From Longimicrobiales bacterium (GTDB lineage Bacteria > Gemmatimonadota > Gemmatimonadetes > Longimicrobiales > RSA9): 24,456 nt of DNA. Under the pieces are notes generated by a model that was not told the DNA's origin, made no database searches, and worked only from the letters and a program-made list of their open reading frames with translations. A program made the position numbers and the translations under genes. Below are positions 23,284-24,456 of the stretch, piece after piece. The DNA lies in the NCBI GenBank assembly GCA_035715725.1, contig DASTKT010000043.1, positions 1 to 24,456 of the forward strand. The letters are read 5' to 3'. Each line of letters begins with the position of its first letter. Within the stretch, counting starts at the first letter, position 1.

Positions 23284-24184
23284 ACCGCGCGGCGTCCAGC
23301 AGCCGCATGTCCTCCTCGTCCAGCTCGATGCTCGCCGCCGCGAGGTTCTCCTCGAGGTGCGAGACGCGCGAGGTGCCGGGGATCGGCAGCATGACGGGCG
23401 AGCGGGCCAGGAGCCAGGCGAGCGCGATCTGCATGGCCGTGGCGTCGTGGCGGCGGGCGACGCGCTCGAGGCGCTCGCGGGCGGCGCGCTCCTCGGCCTC
23501 CTCGCCGAGAGAGCCGGCGCCGAGCGGGAACCAGGGGATGAACGCGATGCCGGCGTTCTCGGCGTACTCGAGGACCGCCTCCCACTCGCGGTCGAGGATG
23601 TTGTAGCGGTTCTGGACGGAGGCGATCGGCACGACGCGGCGGGCGCGCTCGATGTCGTCGACGCCGACCTCGGAGAGGCCGACGTGGCGGACGAGCCCCT
23701 CCCGGACGAACTCGGCGAGCGCGCCGAACTGCTCGTCGGCCGGGACCTCGCGGTCGATGCGGTGGAGCTGCCAGAGGTCGATGCGCTCGAGGCGGAGTCG
23801 GCGCAGGCTTCCCTCCAGGGCGCGGCGCAGGTACTCGGGCCGGCCGTTCTCGACCCAGCGGCCCGGGCCGGGGCGCTCGAAGCCGCCCTTCGTCGCGATG
23901 ACGAGGCCGTCGGGGTACGGCCGCAGCGCCTCCGCGATGAGGTCCTCGGAGACGTACGGGCCGTAGGAATCCGCGGTATCGATGAAGTCGACGCCGAGCT
24001 CGACGGCGCGGCGGAGCACGCGCTTCGCCTCGGCGATGTCGGCGGGCGGCCCGAAGATGCCGGGCCCGGTGATGCGCATGGCGCCGTAGCCCATGCGGTT
24101 GACGACGAGGTCGCCGCCGAGGGTGATCGTGCCGGCCTGCGCGGCGGGCGGTGCGCCGGGTGTCCGGATGCTGCTGGTGCTCAT
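23282..24184 (-). CDS. Aldo/keto reductase family oxidoreductase; start ATG 24184 preferred (AAGGA, 7-nt spacer). An alternative ATG at 24352 would add an (EA)n low-complexity extension encoded by the hexamer repeat.
   Basis: AKR N-terminal pattern (TITLGGDLVVNRMGYGAMRITG), the internal LRRLRLERIDLWQLHRID motif, and the C-terminal IPGTSRVSHLEENL. Confidence 0.8.
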   Translation of the reverse strand: MSTSSIRTPGAPPAAQAGTITLGGDLVVNRMGYGAMRITGPGIFGPPADIAEAKRVLRRAVELGVDFIDTADSYGPYVSEDLIAEALRPYPDGLVIATKGGFERPGPGRWVENGRPEYLRRALEGSLRRLRLERIDLWQLHRIDREVPADEQFGALAEFVREGLVRHVGLSEVGVDDIERARRVVPIASVQNRYNILDREWEAVLEYAENAGIAFIPWFPLGAGSLGEEAEERAARERLERVARRHDATAMQIALAWLLARSPVMLPIPGTSRVSHLEENLAAASIELDEEDMRLLDAAR

Positions 24185-24298
24185 CGGTCGATCCTTCTCG
24201 TCGGGAACAGCCGCCTCGCGGGCGGGGTCGCGGCCCGCGGCGCCACGGGTCGATGTCCAGCGGTTGCAGGATGGGTTCCACCCGGCCCGCGCCCCACC

Positions 24299-24352
24299 CG
24301 CCTCCGCCTCCGCCTCCGCGCCCGCCTCCGCGCCCGCCTCCGCCTCCGCCAT
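24299..24352. repeat. Imperfect hexamer microsatellite (CGCCTC/CGCGCC) of about 9 units, 115-170 bp upstream of the AKR start
   Basis: cgcctccgcctccgcctccgcgcccgcctccgcgcccgcctccgcctccgcc. Confidence 0.7.
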
Positions 24353-24456
24353 CCGCGCGACAGCCGTCCCCGCGCATGGTGCAGCTGACCCATGCCGCCC
24401 GGCCGCCCTAGCCGATAGCTTGAGGCACCCCCGAGGCCCGTGTCCGCGCGGCGTCG

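Noticed and set aside
22780-23290. Possible small proteins carrying the motif LRLCGEK that appears in three different ORF translations
   Set aside because: The shared peptide is a by-product of translating the CTCTGCGCCTCTGCGGTGAAAA DNA repeat in the same frame. None of the three ORFs has other coding support.
1-24456. tRNA, rRNA, CRISPR arrays, transposase or integrase genes
   Set aside because: I found no cloverleaf-compatible region by eye. There are no regularly spaced identical repeats with unique spacers. The short tandem units here are 8-19 bp with no spacers. No ORF has transposase or recombinase motifs. A tRNAscan, Infernal or ISfinder run would be needed to be definitive.

Overview
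This is a 24.5 kb chromosomal window of very high GC content (about 70%+), densely coding, with 19 supportable protein-coding genes. The long Pro/Arg/Ala-rich ORFs in the track are out-of-frame or antisense shadows typical of high-GC DNA, and I did not call them. I found no rRNA, tRNA, CRISPR array, transposase or integrase. The mix of a SusC/SusD-type outer-membrane pair with an ADOP-type orphan FtsX permease suggests a Gemmatimonadota/Acidobacteriota-like organism; this is inference. Gene content, left to right: (i) a MarR-DoxX-VOC dioxygenase operon on the minus strand, resembling the Bacillus subtilis catDE/mhqR-type quinone/catechol detox modules, lying divergent to (ii) a SusC/RagA TonB-dependent receptor plus SusD-like lipoprotein; (iii) a lone TipAL-like MerR regulator with a textbook 19-bp-spacer promoter; (iv) a same-strand cluster of secreted M20 peptidase, ADOP permease, class-I aminotransferase and APC amino-acid permease; (v) a plus-strand cluster of a His-rich NfeD-like membrane protein, a flotillin (SPFH) protein, and a stand-alone CheY-like receiver translationally coupled (ATGA overlap) to a small winged-helix-like protein, then an SRPBCC protein; (vi) an MhqO-like ring-cleaving dioxygenase, a MarR-YceI pair and an aldo/keto reductase. 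The most unusual content is in the long intergenic intervals (1-351, 6922-7534, 8258-8711, 19917-20417, 22744-23281). They carry at least three related families of short repeats: a TTTTCACCGCAGAG-anchored module with tandem CRCRGAGG units, a roughly 55-bp block containing paired GGCCTCACGTCC direct repeats, and a REP-like perfect hairpin GCGCCCGGTGGG..CCCACCGGGCGC. One locus forms a roughly 480-bp foldback with arms of about 120 bp. These repeats lie mostly just downstream of gene stops and look like an undescribed REP/BIME-like or MITE-like family for this lineage.
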